A DNA stretch of 64,000 nt from the NCBI GenBank assembly GCA_050084515.1, contig CM114271.1:29698001-29762000 (forward strand), written 5' to 3'. Positions 52,987 through 64,000 of this stretch are shown piece after piece. Made by a program: the position numbers and the translations under genes. Numbering within the stretch: the first letter of the stretch is position 1; each line of letters begins with the position of its first letter. The notes under the pieces were generated by a model. It did not search any database. It was not told the DNA's origin and saw only the letters and a program-made list of their open reading frames with translations. This DNA is from Blasia pusilla. Lineage: Eukaryota.

Positions 52987-54095
52987 CGCCCCTACGTCAA
53001 GTTAATAAGAACAGAGGTAAATGAATGAAGGAAATTATGGCATCCCATTGTTCCTAACATTGTAAACATGGAAGTGAAAATGTTTCAGTATGGTGGATAT
53101 CTATTGGAGCAGAATATGTTGATTTCAATATAAATGAAGGGAGAATCCGTAATTATCCACGTACCTTGAGTATATCAGGTATATCCCTCCGGGAAATATA
53201 AACCTCTCGTCGATATCCTTCCCTGATAGTGATAATTTGATTCTCTACAATCCGCAAATAAACTTTGACACACACCTTCACAATATGACACATGCAGATG
53301 TCTTAAGTATATGCATAGAGATTGTATCACGTGAATGATCATATATAAATACATCAATACAGTTTGAATACTATAAGGTGGTATAAGATTTATTTTACCC
53401 AAAGTCTATGTGCACTTCAAGTGATGATTTATCTATGATTTCAGAATTTCATACCATTTCCATGTCAAGTGCCTTATCCTTAGGTTGTCTGTTTGAAGGG
53501 TAGGGTTATTTCTCCTATATTTCTTCATGTAAACATTTTAGCTTTAAGTTTTTTTTGGGCAAATTATGCATTAAAAGAAAACCACAGAGTCAGAGGATTA
53601 GCCCTCATCGCTATATAACAAAATCCGGTTCAATTTTTAGCTACATCACAGCTCCACAAACACTTTGCTGCCCTAAGTTTTTTGTCATCCAGAATACTGC
53701 ATTTTGTGGTAGATTTTGTGTGATATTGCATTCTATGTTGATGCTATGGTAAGATATAGAAAATCAAACCACTTGGCCTATCCATTCATGCAAAAATTGA
53801 AATCATCTGCATTTACATCAACTGGATAATGGCTTTCTATCCGAGGTTGTTGGTCATTATAAACCAGTTTAAATCAAAAGTTAGTGTTCCAATAAATAGG
53901 CCCACTTTCTCTACTAGCTCCCTCTTACTTCATCTCAAAATCTGGTATATATCCAAAATTCCAACTGTAGTCACTGGTGAAATGGTTTCTCTATCATTTG
54001 TAATGCACGAGTTCCTTAAAACCATCCTTTTCTGCCTTTTTAACAAAATGTAGTCAATCTCACTAAAAAAGTTATAGAGTTTGAAAGTTCCAAAC

Positions 54096-54684
54096 CTACC
54101 AAGTTGCTCTCTTGGAACGCCACCAAATAGGGCCACAACAAAAATGAGCACAACATGGGCAAAGATGACTACTCAAGTTTTCCCAACGATAACCAATTGC
54201 ATTGCATATTCTCTCACCAGATAGTCTCTCCATTCTCAAAGAAGAGTACTCAAATCTGATTATACATGGTTTCCCAGAACATACAATAGTTGCATGGATA
54301 AGAGCCAACGCCTTCCTGAAAATGGGTGAAGAGTCCTCACCGACGACCATGCCATCAGAATCATGACAGATATGAAGGGTCATGATCTCTGCAACACCCA
54401 TCATCAACCAAAGAAGGATGCAATATCGATCCTCTTGCCTAGACACGAAATCAGAGACCGTCACATATAGATGGCGTGCTTTTGAATGAAAGCGCCAATT
54501 TCTCAATTCGTTCATGCCAGATCCAATACCAATATTGATGTGAGTGTAAAGAACAAATCATCACTTGAACTTCAGTAGGTAGACTTTGGATGCGTTGAAC
54601 CAAGGAAGGTTGTCTTTGATGTAGTCGTAGGCTACCATGAAGTTCAATTTGTACATCAAGTGGTGGTTGGTCATATGGATTCAT
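54096..54684 (-). other. Two overlapping ORFs, possibly one frameshifted gene with an F-box-like start
   Basis: IQSLPTEVQVMIC resembles the F-box LPxE motif; ORFs 54451..54684 and 54096..54515 overlap by one frameshift. Confidence 0.3.
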
Positions 54685-55419
54685 CCTTTAGGGTAAAGTA
54701 GTGGTCCTCTGAAAAATACCTTGGCTTTTCTTTTCGTTAACTTAGTCGAGTTACAGGTCCACTTCAAGCCGCTACCTCTTGCCTCCTTCCAATGTACGCC
54801 AAAAAGACCAACTTAATCACTAACTCCGCAACAACCACAATGAGATGAACCTGAATAGGCTAGGACATTGCAAGTATGCCATGTTTATACTTTATGCAAT
54901 TAAAGTTGACACGTTTGGTGGGTTTTATTAAGTCCTATGCTGCTGCACATAGATGGTTCGTTCTAGGGTTGCAGAAAGTTGGTTCATCATTGTAAGTTAC
55001 TATCCATTGGGGTCGAAGATAATTGGGTTTCAATTCACTTTGTGGCTGAAAGCCACAAACAAAGCCATGATCTATACCCTTACAAATCAATTGGAAACAT
55101 GTTTTTTGTTTTATTGGAGAATGATGACACATGTGTATATGAGAAACTTTTGAGAAAAGTTCAGGGTTTTGAAAGAGGTTTGCATCAGTGCTAAAAATCT
55201 AACCTACTTATATTAGAGGAGAGATGTGGTTATTCCACTTCAACACTATTCCAACAACTTCCAAATCCTTCTTGTGCAAGCCATGCAAAGAGATTCCCAC
55301 CAGTGCAAATTAATCAATCACTCAATCCAAAAATGCACTACAAGTAAGACAGAATTTCAAATCATACCTACGTGGCCAAGCCTCAGTGTAGGTAGGAAAG
55401 GTTCAACCATTCCCTTCCT

Positions 55420-56610
55420 CAATTGCCCCAGGCTTGAACTTGAACTTCAGCCGGGTTCCCAAGCAAGGGGTTCCCCGCAAATAGTTCTTCAATTGTGCCT
55501 TCTCAGGATATACTGTCAAAAGAGAGAGTCAGAAATTTTCATCGCTTCCTCTATGCTATTCTGTTGTGATTGTTTGCCCATTGTTTGGGTTATGGAGTGA
55601 AACAAGAAAATATAAGCATGAGCTTTTGGAAATGCATGTGATATCCAATTCTGGTGCTACCAGCTTAGCAATATCAGCATATGCTATATATGTGTGTGTT
55701 GTGGATGTTGTCAGGACACCACACGGAGAGCTCTTGGGCTAGAGTCTGTACTCATTAGGTAGTAGCCTTCAAGGGGGTAGAGAAAGTGAGGGAGTGGGTG
55801 AGTGAGAGAACATTACTTACCATTGCAGCAGCTTTGGGCAATGAAACTAGGCTATAAAATGTGTTGAACAATGCAAGTGTTACCAACTTAGCAATATCGG
55901 CATGTGCTCTCTATGTGTGTGTTGTGAATTCTGGCAGGAGTCCGGAGGATGGCACAGTTGTGTTACCATCCTGCTTTTCTTATGGTTCAAGGGGATTGCC
56001 CCCGTTTTGAACTTGAACTTGAGCTGGGTTCCCAAGCAAGGGGTTCCCTGCAAATAGTTCTTCAGTTTTGCCTTCTCGGGATATACCGTCAAAAGGGAGA
56101 GGTCAGACATTTTCATGGCTTCCTCCATCTTTCTCTTTGTGAGCGTTTACCCACTGCTTTGGTTATGGTATCCACAAATGCTTTCTCATCTTACTCCCAC
56201 AGTTCAGGCCCTGCTGGGAGCTTGGATGCTTGCACAATCTCTTGAACCTTTTTCATCCAAAATTTGGCCTGCTTTACGGGTCTTCTTGGCGTCCAGGTTT
56301 TCCCCATCACCTCTTTAGGATAGCTATGGAAGTCCATTATCTTCAGCTGCCTCCGCCATTTCAACTTGGCGATGTCATGTCTATCCTCCAAGGGTTCCAC
56401 ACCTAGTTCTGATCTCATACCAACTCGGGCTGTTTGTGATGAAGTTGACATCATACCCTGAAACGCCTTGAGCTACACAACTTCAAGCCTATCCCTTTGT
56501 TTGGTGTTGGCATCCCATACTGCTGCCCCGTATTGTAGCGAGGGACAAATGGTATGCAAAATGACATAGCGCTTTACTTTTGATGTGATATCCCGATAGT
56601 GTAGGAATCT
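55420..56610 (-). mobile_element. Rearranged LINE ORF2 3' fragments (two partial copies)
   Basis: PSLQYGAAVWD, GMRSELGVEPLEDR..AKLKW, LKFKFKTG; 55430-55560 duplicates 56005-56140. Confidence 0.7.
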
Positions 56611-57380
56611 AGACAGACCGAAGAGAGGGGGAGAGAGAGAGAGAGACAACAAAATCCAGTTGCGGATCCAACAAAATGCGCGCGAGAGTGTATCAACCAA
56701 GACTCTTCAAATGTGCCATCGACAATAGAAACCAACGATGATCCGCATGTCCCGTTAGCCACAACAGAAACTACTCCGCCCACCCCGCCTCGTTCAATTG
56801 ATCGATCAACCAACTAGCTCCAACCGACTTCATTTCATCTGCTCCCACGTATGTGCGAGCCTCCTGCTCCATGGAAATACACAGAAGCACAAAAAACAAA
56901 GCTCCGCGGAAGCAGCACACAATCACAACACCATCAAAACTCCCTCCATACCTACCCAACGATCAATTCCAACCGAAATCACTAAATCAGCTCCCACATG
57001 GCACTTTTGCAACTCTCCTCGGCTGAATGCGCACAGGCGTTGGAAATAGAACTCCATGGAGCACGGGGCAAGAAAAAACGGAGAGGAAGCAATCTTCGCA
57101 CGACAACAAGGAGGCCAGGAGAGATAAAAGCGCCAAAAACAAAGCTCCGCGCAAGCAGCACACAGTCACAACACCATCAGAACTCTCGCAAGATGGAAAG
57201 AACGTAGTAGGGAGGCGGCGCAGAGCGAGAGAGAGCCCTTCCCTGAGCCTCGTAAAAATTCTGGAAACTCTGGCCCCTTTTGCTCATGCTCACACTCCCT
57301 TGCTCGTTTCTCCCCAATCGGTAGCTCCTTCTTTGCTTGTGCGCCATGCACTAGAAGGAATATGACGAATTTAGCACTAA

Positions 57381-57820
57381 GTCACTTACAACTAAAGTCC
57401 AATACAACTAAAATACAACTACATGTAACTAAAGAGCCATAGATGGAAAAATATAGTATTAATTAGTTACTAAGAATGACTAGAGAATATGACATGGAAT
57501 TTTCTTTCTATATTTTTAAAATATTTTAAAAAATAATAATTACAAAGTAATGACATGTTATTATCAATGACTAGATTAGTGCATAAAGGACGTGGACATG
57601 GCTTGTTAGTCGCTTACAATTGAAGTCCAATACAACTACATGTAACTAGAGAGGTCTAGGTGCCATACTATAGTATTAATTAGTTACTAAAAATGACTAT
57701 AGGATGTGACATGGAAATTTATTATCTAAGTAAATTTTTTTAATATAATTACGATAAATTAATGGCATGTCATTAGGAAAGACTAGATTATTGCAAAAAG
57801 GACTTAGACATGGAATTTCT
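57381..57820. repeat. AT-rich tandem duplication, about 230 bp x2
   Basis: AGTCCAATACAACTA..CATGTAACTA..TATAGTATTAATTAGTTACTAA..GACATGG occurs at about 57395 and about 57625. Confidence 0.75.
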
Positions 57821-59999
57821 TATGAATTAATTAAAAGTTAATTCATAACATGACATGTAAAAATAAGACTAGATAGAACTGGTAGGATTAAAAAAACTTC
57901 CATCCAATTTTTAAAATAGTTGGTACATTAAAATTATTGCCAAGTTGGCAAATAAGATCCTAATAAAATAAAGCCACATCAGTTTATTTAGACCCTCTTT
58001 TGAGTTTTGAGACGCTAAGTACTTTCCCGCACTCCTAGAACTTTCCCACACTCTTGGAGCTTGCGTTCCGCAGCCGCGCATGTGCTTTAGGTTGAAAGTT
58101 TGAGAAAGCTCTAAGTTGGAAGTTTAAGAACTCGAGATCATCGCATCGATCCTCAATCTGTATCTGTTTTTTGAAGAGTGTGGATTCATCATTGGACAAG
58201 TAGGGATCAGCACGAAGAAAGGGTAAACAAAGCATCTGTGACTCAGGCTAGGAAGAGGACCATGAAGAAATATCTACCGCATCTGTGACTCTGGCTAGAA
58301 AGGTCGCATCAAAGCTTTTGAATGGGTGGGACGAAGGGCCTTTAGCTGCCAATGCCTGCCATAAGCACGAAGTGCGTATTTGGGGAAGGAGAGGTGTAGC
58401 ACATTTCTCTTTTTGTAAAGAAAGGATGTGCATCCACCCACCGGTCAAGCCCTCAAAGATTGGAAATGATCCCTCGGGTCCTGAGTCTTGAAGGTGCCCT
58501 TTCTCTCTTTTACCCATTTTTCTTTTCTACCCATTTGATCACTTTCTCTCCCGAGCTAGGAGGTGGAAGGACACCTCATGCGTCTTTCCAACTCCTCCCC
58601 GTCAGGGAGAGAGAAACCATATTGCGTGAGTTGGATCATTATTTGGTTCGGACTGCGGACCATGCACTGCAAGCCCTTACTTACCTCCTTCCTTCCTTCT
58701 CTCTCTCTCTGAATCTACTCCGAGGTGCACAACTCAAGGACGCTACTTACAAATACTACCCTAGTTCAGAATGCCCCTCGCTTCCCTACCCCATAAATCC
58801 AAGTGAGGATGAGCGTGCTGCGGAGAAGCTGAAGAGTCATATTTGGAGCCCAAAAGTTAATATTTGGAGTCCAAAAGTTAAGTTATTTCTTCAGATGCGA
58901 TAGAGTTTCTATTGAACCAATGCGGCCCATGTCTTTTGTCTCTTACAAATATCGTGGATTTTATTCCACTATGAGCTCTCGTTGGGCTTGACAAGCATTT
59001 TTCGGTTCAAGGCACTAAGGTTGTAATAAGTCCCAGATTGAGATCAACCACACTTCCAGAGCGTTAACACTTGGGACCATAGCTCTCATAGATGTCTTGT
59101 TGGCTTGCGGATGTAGAATTTAGTTTGCTGCACTTACAGTCCTGCACCCTCTTTGGCTTGGTGTCCCCCGACATGCTGTCTCCCGAGTTCACACCTTCAC
59201 ATTATGAGGTTTGTCCGACCTCTACTTTCTTTCTTTTTCTCAATCTTAACTCCCTCCCAACGCGCCCTAGCTACTTCGACTCGTGCGTATGCAAGAACAC
59301 GAGTCACGAAGAGTGTGTGCTTGTTTTTTTGTTTCCAATTTGTGTTATGTGAACCCAATTCTTGACAGACATCCTTCAATGCAGGCGGTAAGATTTGTAG
59401 TGTTTCAAGACATTATGCAATGATAGCCAAGTGCTGTATCAAAATTGAAGCTCGGATGTTCGCCGAGTTGACGTTGCATTTGATTCCAGGTACTCCCTTG
59501 CCAAGTATGAACGCACCATGTGTGTACTAGTCTGCTAGCTGCTCGCCATTGCTCCCCTGCAAGGAACGGATGTAGTCTACTACTATGTAGACTCTTGTTG
59601 ATTACATGGAGTGAACGGCCTTGGTCCCCAACAATGATAGAACGCAGTCTACTAGTATGTAACATTAGCATCCTGAATTGAGGATCTATATTCTAACCTG
59701 AATTTGTAGTTGTTGAATGTGTTGTGATACAAAGAATGTCTGCAAGTAAATGTCAAATCCAGCTTATATATTTTGTAGCCTCTATATTCATCTTATGTAT
59801 TACACTGTGTAGTAACTGTCTGCCCAATTCATGAGCATGTTTGAGATGCAAACAACCAAACATTGGCTAAGGTCTTTGAAGGATGTTAATCAATTAGTCC
59901 CGAAATACCTTTCTCATCAATTAGGGCAGCTGGAAATCATGCCATTGAATCATTTAGACAGAAATAGTTCCATTTTTGGCAGCTTAATGAGTGAAGAAG

Positions 60000-60370
60000 G
60001 AAAAACTTGATTGGAAGATCTTGAATCTTACAGCATTCCCTTCACATGTCATCGAAATAAGAAGAGATTGAATCCAACAGACACTACATCCCCTACCATT
60101 GGCGTTTGATGTTGCAAAACCATATGCAAGCTTGTCATCTGGGCTACGGGCACTTCTAACACTACCAATAGCAATTGATCCCAGAGTCCTTGAGGCTCAA
60201 TGTACTGCGCCTCCTTTCGAATAGATGTACATTGGCAGCATATGTGGATGACTTGCACTTTTTAGGATTTGTTACTAGAGTCCGGCTTCTATTTTTGTGG
60301 AAAGACGCAATTTCAGATTGTGTAGCTGTTTGCCATTCATGAGTGTCTGCTCTAGAGAGGACATATTTGG
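60000..60370 (-). mobile_element. Degenerate Copia RT fragment
   Basis: EWQTATQSEIASFHKNRSRTLV and PVAQMTSLHMVL resemble Copia RT N-terminal motifs. Confidence 0.45.
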
Positions 60371-60657
60371 ACCAGATTGGATACAAAATGAATAAAGATT
60401 TTTTGAGCCAGCAACATCATAACTATGTTTTGGTCTAGATGTTTATGAAGACTTCCTTTCATGAGAAAAAGTGGGCAGATGTATCGTGGGTTTTTCCTTA
60501 GTAACAACAATTGCTTTTTTTTAAGGATCTCCCACTTTTTCCAAACTTTATTGATACAATGTCTAGTTGGGGGCCTCCCACCTGTCTGATGAGCGATTCC
60601 GTGGCTTGAGCCTACCCAACATATACCGTGATGGTGAATCAGAAGCTTGACTGCGAA

Positions 60658-60785
60658 AATAGCGTAATAGAGCAGTTCAGGTATTGTTGCTTTAGACACC
60701 CTTCATCCCACACTGGAATATTGCGTAATAGAGAAGTTTAGGTACTGCTGGTGTAGAAAACCCTTCATCCCACACTAGAATATGG
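60658..60785. repeat. Tandem repeat, about 61 bp x2
   Basis: GCGTAATAGAG..AGGTA..ACCCTTCATCCCACACTRGAATA occurs twice in a row. Confidence 0.7.
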
Positions 60786-61320
60786 CAAAACCTTGGCCAA
60801 AACATGTTTAAGACATTGTGCACGCAACCAAGCTCCCTGCATAGCCTGAACTATGGGAGCAAGATGAGAAAGCATTTGTGGATACCATAACCAAAGCAGT
60901 GGGCAATTGATCATAGTAGAACAACACAGAGGAATACGTGAACCCTTGACGGTATATCCTGAACAAGCAGAACTGAAGAAATATTTTTGGGGAACCCCTT
61001 GCTTGAGACCCCGGCTTAAGTTCAAGTTTAGGAATGGGACAATCCACTTAAACTATAAGAACAACAGGTTAGGAACACAACTGAAGTCTTGGGCCTTGTA
61101 TGATGATGGGGATGAAACCTTTCATCACCATCATCGTGAACCTCTAGTCACTACTTGGTCTCCTGCACAACATTCATAACACACAGAGCAAGAGCATATG
61201 TTGATATTGCTAAGCTGGTAACAGAATTGTTCAACACATTCAGTAGCCTAGATTCTTTGCCCAGATAAATATCAGACCTTGATCATGTAAAGTAGATGGT
61301 GTGGTGAAGAGTTCCATGAC
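60786..61320 (+). mobile_element. LINE ORF2 3' fragment, same family as 55830..56270, opposite orientation
   Basis: LTVYPEQAELKKYFWGTPCLRPRLKFKFRNG versus LTVYPEKAKLKNYLQGTPCLGTQLKFKFKTG. Confidence 0.75.
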
Positions 61321-61693
61321 GTATGAGGTAGGAGCATAGGGCCCTTCTCTTCAAGCCAGCCTCTCAACCTGATCAACCTATATTATAAATAATGTTCCAC
61401 ATTCTACTTATAAGATGGTTTTTGGATCCATGATGCAGGTGATAGAAAAAATCTTTGAATAGGGGAGGCAAGGAGAATCAATACTTTGTTGTAATCAGTG
61501 ATTTGACCAGTAAGTACCTAAAGAGAAGAAATCTTAATAAGTTATTTTGGTTGATATCTTCTTAGACTATTGATAGAACATGGATGTGACGTGAACTCCT
61601 ATCACCCGTTAGAACACATAATTAATATAAGTGAATGAAGGAGAATTCTATGTTATGTAGCCCATTTTTACACATATTGTTTGGTCTATTAGA

Positions 61694-64000
61694 ATGCAGA
61701 GAACGAGGCAATTTAAAAGAGCTAGGCCAGGTCTAAGTGATGTTGGGAGGATTGCTTCCCATGACGAAAAGATCTGGCGTAGAGAGAAGGAAGCAGCAAG
61801 AGTTCTTGGGTTAAAGAAACTAAGGTGCCTATGTAGTGAATGCAAAGGGATAAAATTGAGATTAGTACACATTGTAGAAAAGCACCTCATTAAAAATAAG
61901 AGATATCCTCCGAAATAAATCTGGGTAAATCCTAATGATTATGATTCATCAGACGAGGAGTGGAAATCAAATGAAGGCCACCATGGTGATAATCACGTTA
62001 CTCTAGATCATAGTGATGTTAGAACTGATTTAAATCAGTCATGTAGTGATCCACCGTTGGAAATTGACAAAACGTTAGATATCCATCGGATGATCAACGA
62101 GGCTTTCCATACCTTTGACATGGGACAAGTCCAAGATCTGCCAACAGAGATACAATTAGATGCTAGAATCGAAGATGAGGATCAAGTGCCATTTGAGATG
62201 GGGTTAGACGAATCTGAAAGGGGAGGTGGTGAGGAGGAATAGGCTACACAGTCTAAGGTGTTAAGGGATGCTTGTCAACCCTTATTTACGGGTTCTAAAA
62301 CTAGCAAACTTGCATTCACCATGTTGTTCTTAAACATATGTGGTACTCATAATGTCTCAAATATTGATGTGGATGAGATCCTAAAATTCTTGGCAGTGCA
62401 AGTCATGCCCAATGAGAATGTGGTTCCAAGAAACCACTATGATGCCAAAACATTGATCAATAAGTTGGGTTTGAATTATATTCAAATTCATTGTTGTCCC
62501 AATGGTTGTATGCTCTTCAATGGAGAGCATAAGGACTTGTTGAATTGCTCAAAGTGCAACTCCCCTCGATATAAGGTGCAAGGGAAAACAAAGATTGCTA
62601 TAAAGGTTCTCAGACACTTTCCAATTATCCCACGGTTAAAACGTATGTATAGATGTAAGACCATAGCTGAACTAATGAAATGGACATCAGAAAACAAAAG
62701 TAGCAATGGTAAAGTGCGTCATGCTGGAGATTTTGGACAGTGGAAAGATATAGATGAGCGTTGGCTAGAGTTCATGAACGAGCCTCGTAACTGTCGATTA
62801 GGGCTTGCTTTAGATGGAGTAAATCATTTTAGGGACAAGAGTTTAGTTTGGTCAACTTGGCATGTTATTTTCGTGAACTACAATCTTCCACCATGGTTGT
62901 GTACAAAGAAATTCTTTCTCCAATTGGCTTTGATCATTCTTGGTAAGGAGTCAGTGTCTTCTCATAACTTAGATGTGTATTTAGCTCCACTTGTAAACGA
63001 GTTTCAACTACTTTGGAAAGGAGTTGTTGCATATGATAGTTTTCTTCCTGAAGGCCAAGATAAGTTCCTTCTTAGAGCCATGATCATATGGACTATTAGT
63101 GACTATCCTGGGCTAGGTGTGGTCTCTGGCCAATGTACCAAGGGAAAACTTGTATGCGTAGTGTGTGGACCACAAGTAAATTCATATTATTCTGAACCTT
63201 TGCATAAGCCAACATTTCAAGGCCACCGACGGTATAAAGATAGGAATCATCCTTACATGAAGATCCAATTTGCGCATCTTTTCAATCGACAGATTGAAAA
63301 TTGTCGAACGCCCAAGCGCGTGACCAATCATGACATATTGAGATGGGCTGAAATGAAGAAGATATTTGATGAAACGCCAAGACCTAGGCACAAGAGGTGT
63401 GAGCAGGTTCTGTTTGATCCCTACAAAGTGTATGGGGTCCAACGAAAGAGCATTCTATTCGAACTGCCTTATTGGAACGTGAGTAAAACCTATTGAAGAT
63501 GCTTGCATTTTTCCATACTTGTCCACACTTTCCATTTCTTATGGTAATTGTGTTGGTTCGATCACCTACTAGTTTCTTTTTTGAGTGCATGGATGAACCC
63601 GAAATTCACATTATTCCTTCTTGATAATTTTTCAGGATTTATTGATCCGTCATACCCTTGACATTATGCATTGTGAAAAAAAATATTGCGGAAAATATGT
63701 TGAAAACCTTGTTTGGTATGAAAAACAAGGACTCGGTTCAAGTTAAGCAAGACATTCAGGTTAGGGGAATTAGACGTCACTTGTGGCTTCAAGCGCATCC
63801 TAGTAGAGCATCTATCAAGTTAAAACCAAAGGCAGATTACCTGCTTACCCCTGAGGAGGTTAAGATATTTGACGCTAGGGTACAAAGTCTAAAAGTTCCT
63901 AGCAGTTATGCTGGCGCTTTACAAAATCATCTGCTACGGAAGAATGTGGGTGCATTTACCATGACCATCATATTTTTATGCAACAACTCTTACCATTCTT
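61694..64000 (+). pseudogene. Second CACTA TnpD-like transposase, runs off the window end
   Basis: CLCSECK..HL, IHCCPNGCMLF, LRHFPIIPRLKRMY, GLALDGVN, NYNLPPWLC, WTISDYPG, FELPYW|intron|DLLIRHTLDIMHCEK. In-frame stops at 61918 and 62242. Confidence 0.93.

Larger units (their letters stand above)
44560..53000 (-). mobile_element. CACTA (En/Spm) DNA transposon; right boundary not found
   Basis: Candidate terminus CACTAGTAAGA at 44560; TnpD-like and TnpA-like coding regions follow on minus. Confidence 0.8.

Noticed and set aside
56880-57185. About 60-bp direct repeat pair (AAAAACAAAGCTCCGCG..CACAACACCATCA)
   Set aside because: Only two copies with no spacer array; an ordinary local duplication in TE sequence.
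53015-61655. Similar GAATGAAGGA motifs near both CACTA transposase starts (about 53020 and 61630)
   Set aside because: They are on the same strand although the genes are inverted, and short; likely coincidence.

Overview
Plant nuclear DNA, probably from a non-seed land plant such as a bryophyte (inferred from gene content and TE families). A compact three-gene island sits between TE-rich blocks: an unassigned 8-exon gene, a TT9/GFS9 (CLEC16A-like) gene, and beta-ureidopropionase PYD3. The standout is a full-length but decayed Ty3/Gypsy element at 197..10038 (minus strand, 4-bp TSD TCCT) with four unusual traits. (1) A C5 DNA-cytosine methyltransferase domain (motifs I, IV, VI, VIII, IX, X) sits in pol between protease and RT. 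(2) A PHD finger ends the integrase. (3) The PBS is complementary to the element's own LTR, as in Tf1-like self-priming. (4) The LTRs are permuted as A-internal-B-A-B, the arrangement expected if a 2-LTR circle were opened and integrated at an internal palindromic CA-gt-TG site. A much older relic at about 42.1-43.8 kb also retains MTase motif I. The right third holds two back-to-back, diverged CACTA transposase pseudogenes, a TnpA-like gene, and LINE and Copia fragments. All calls come from reading the sequence by eye; no searches were run.
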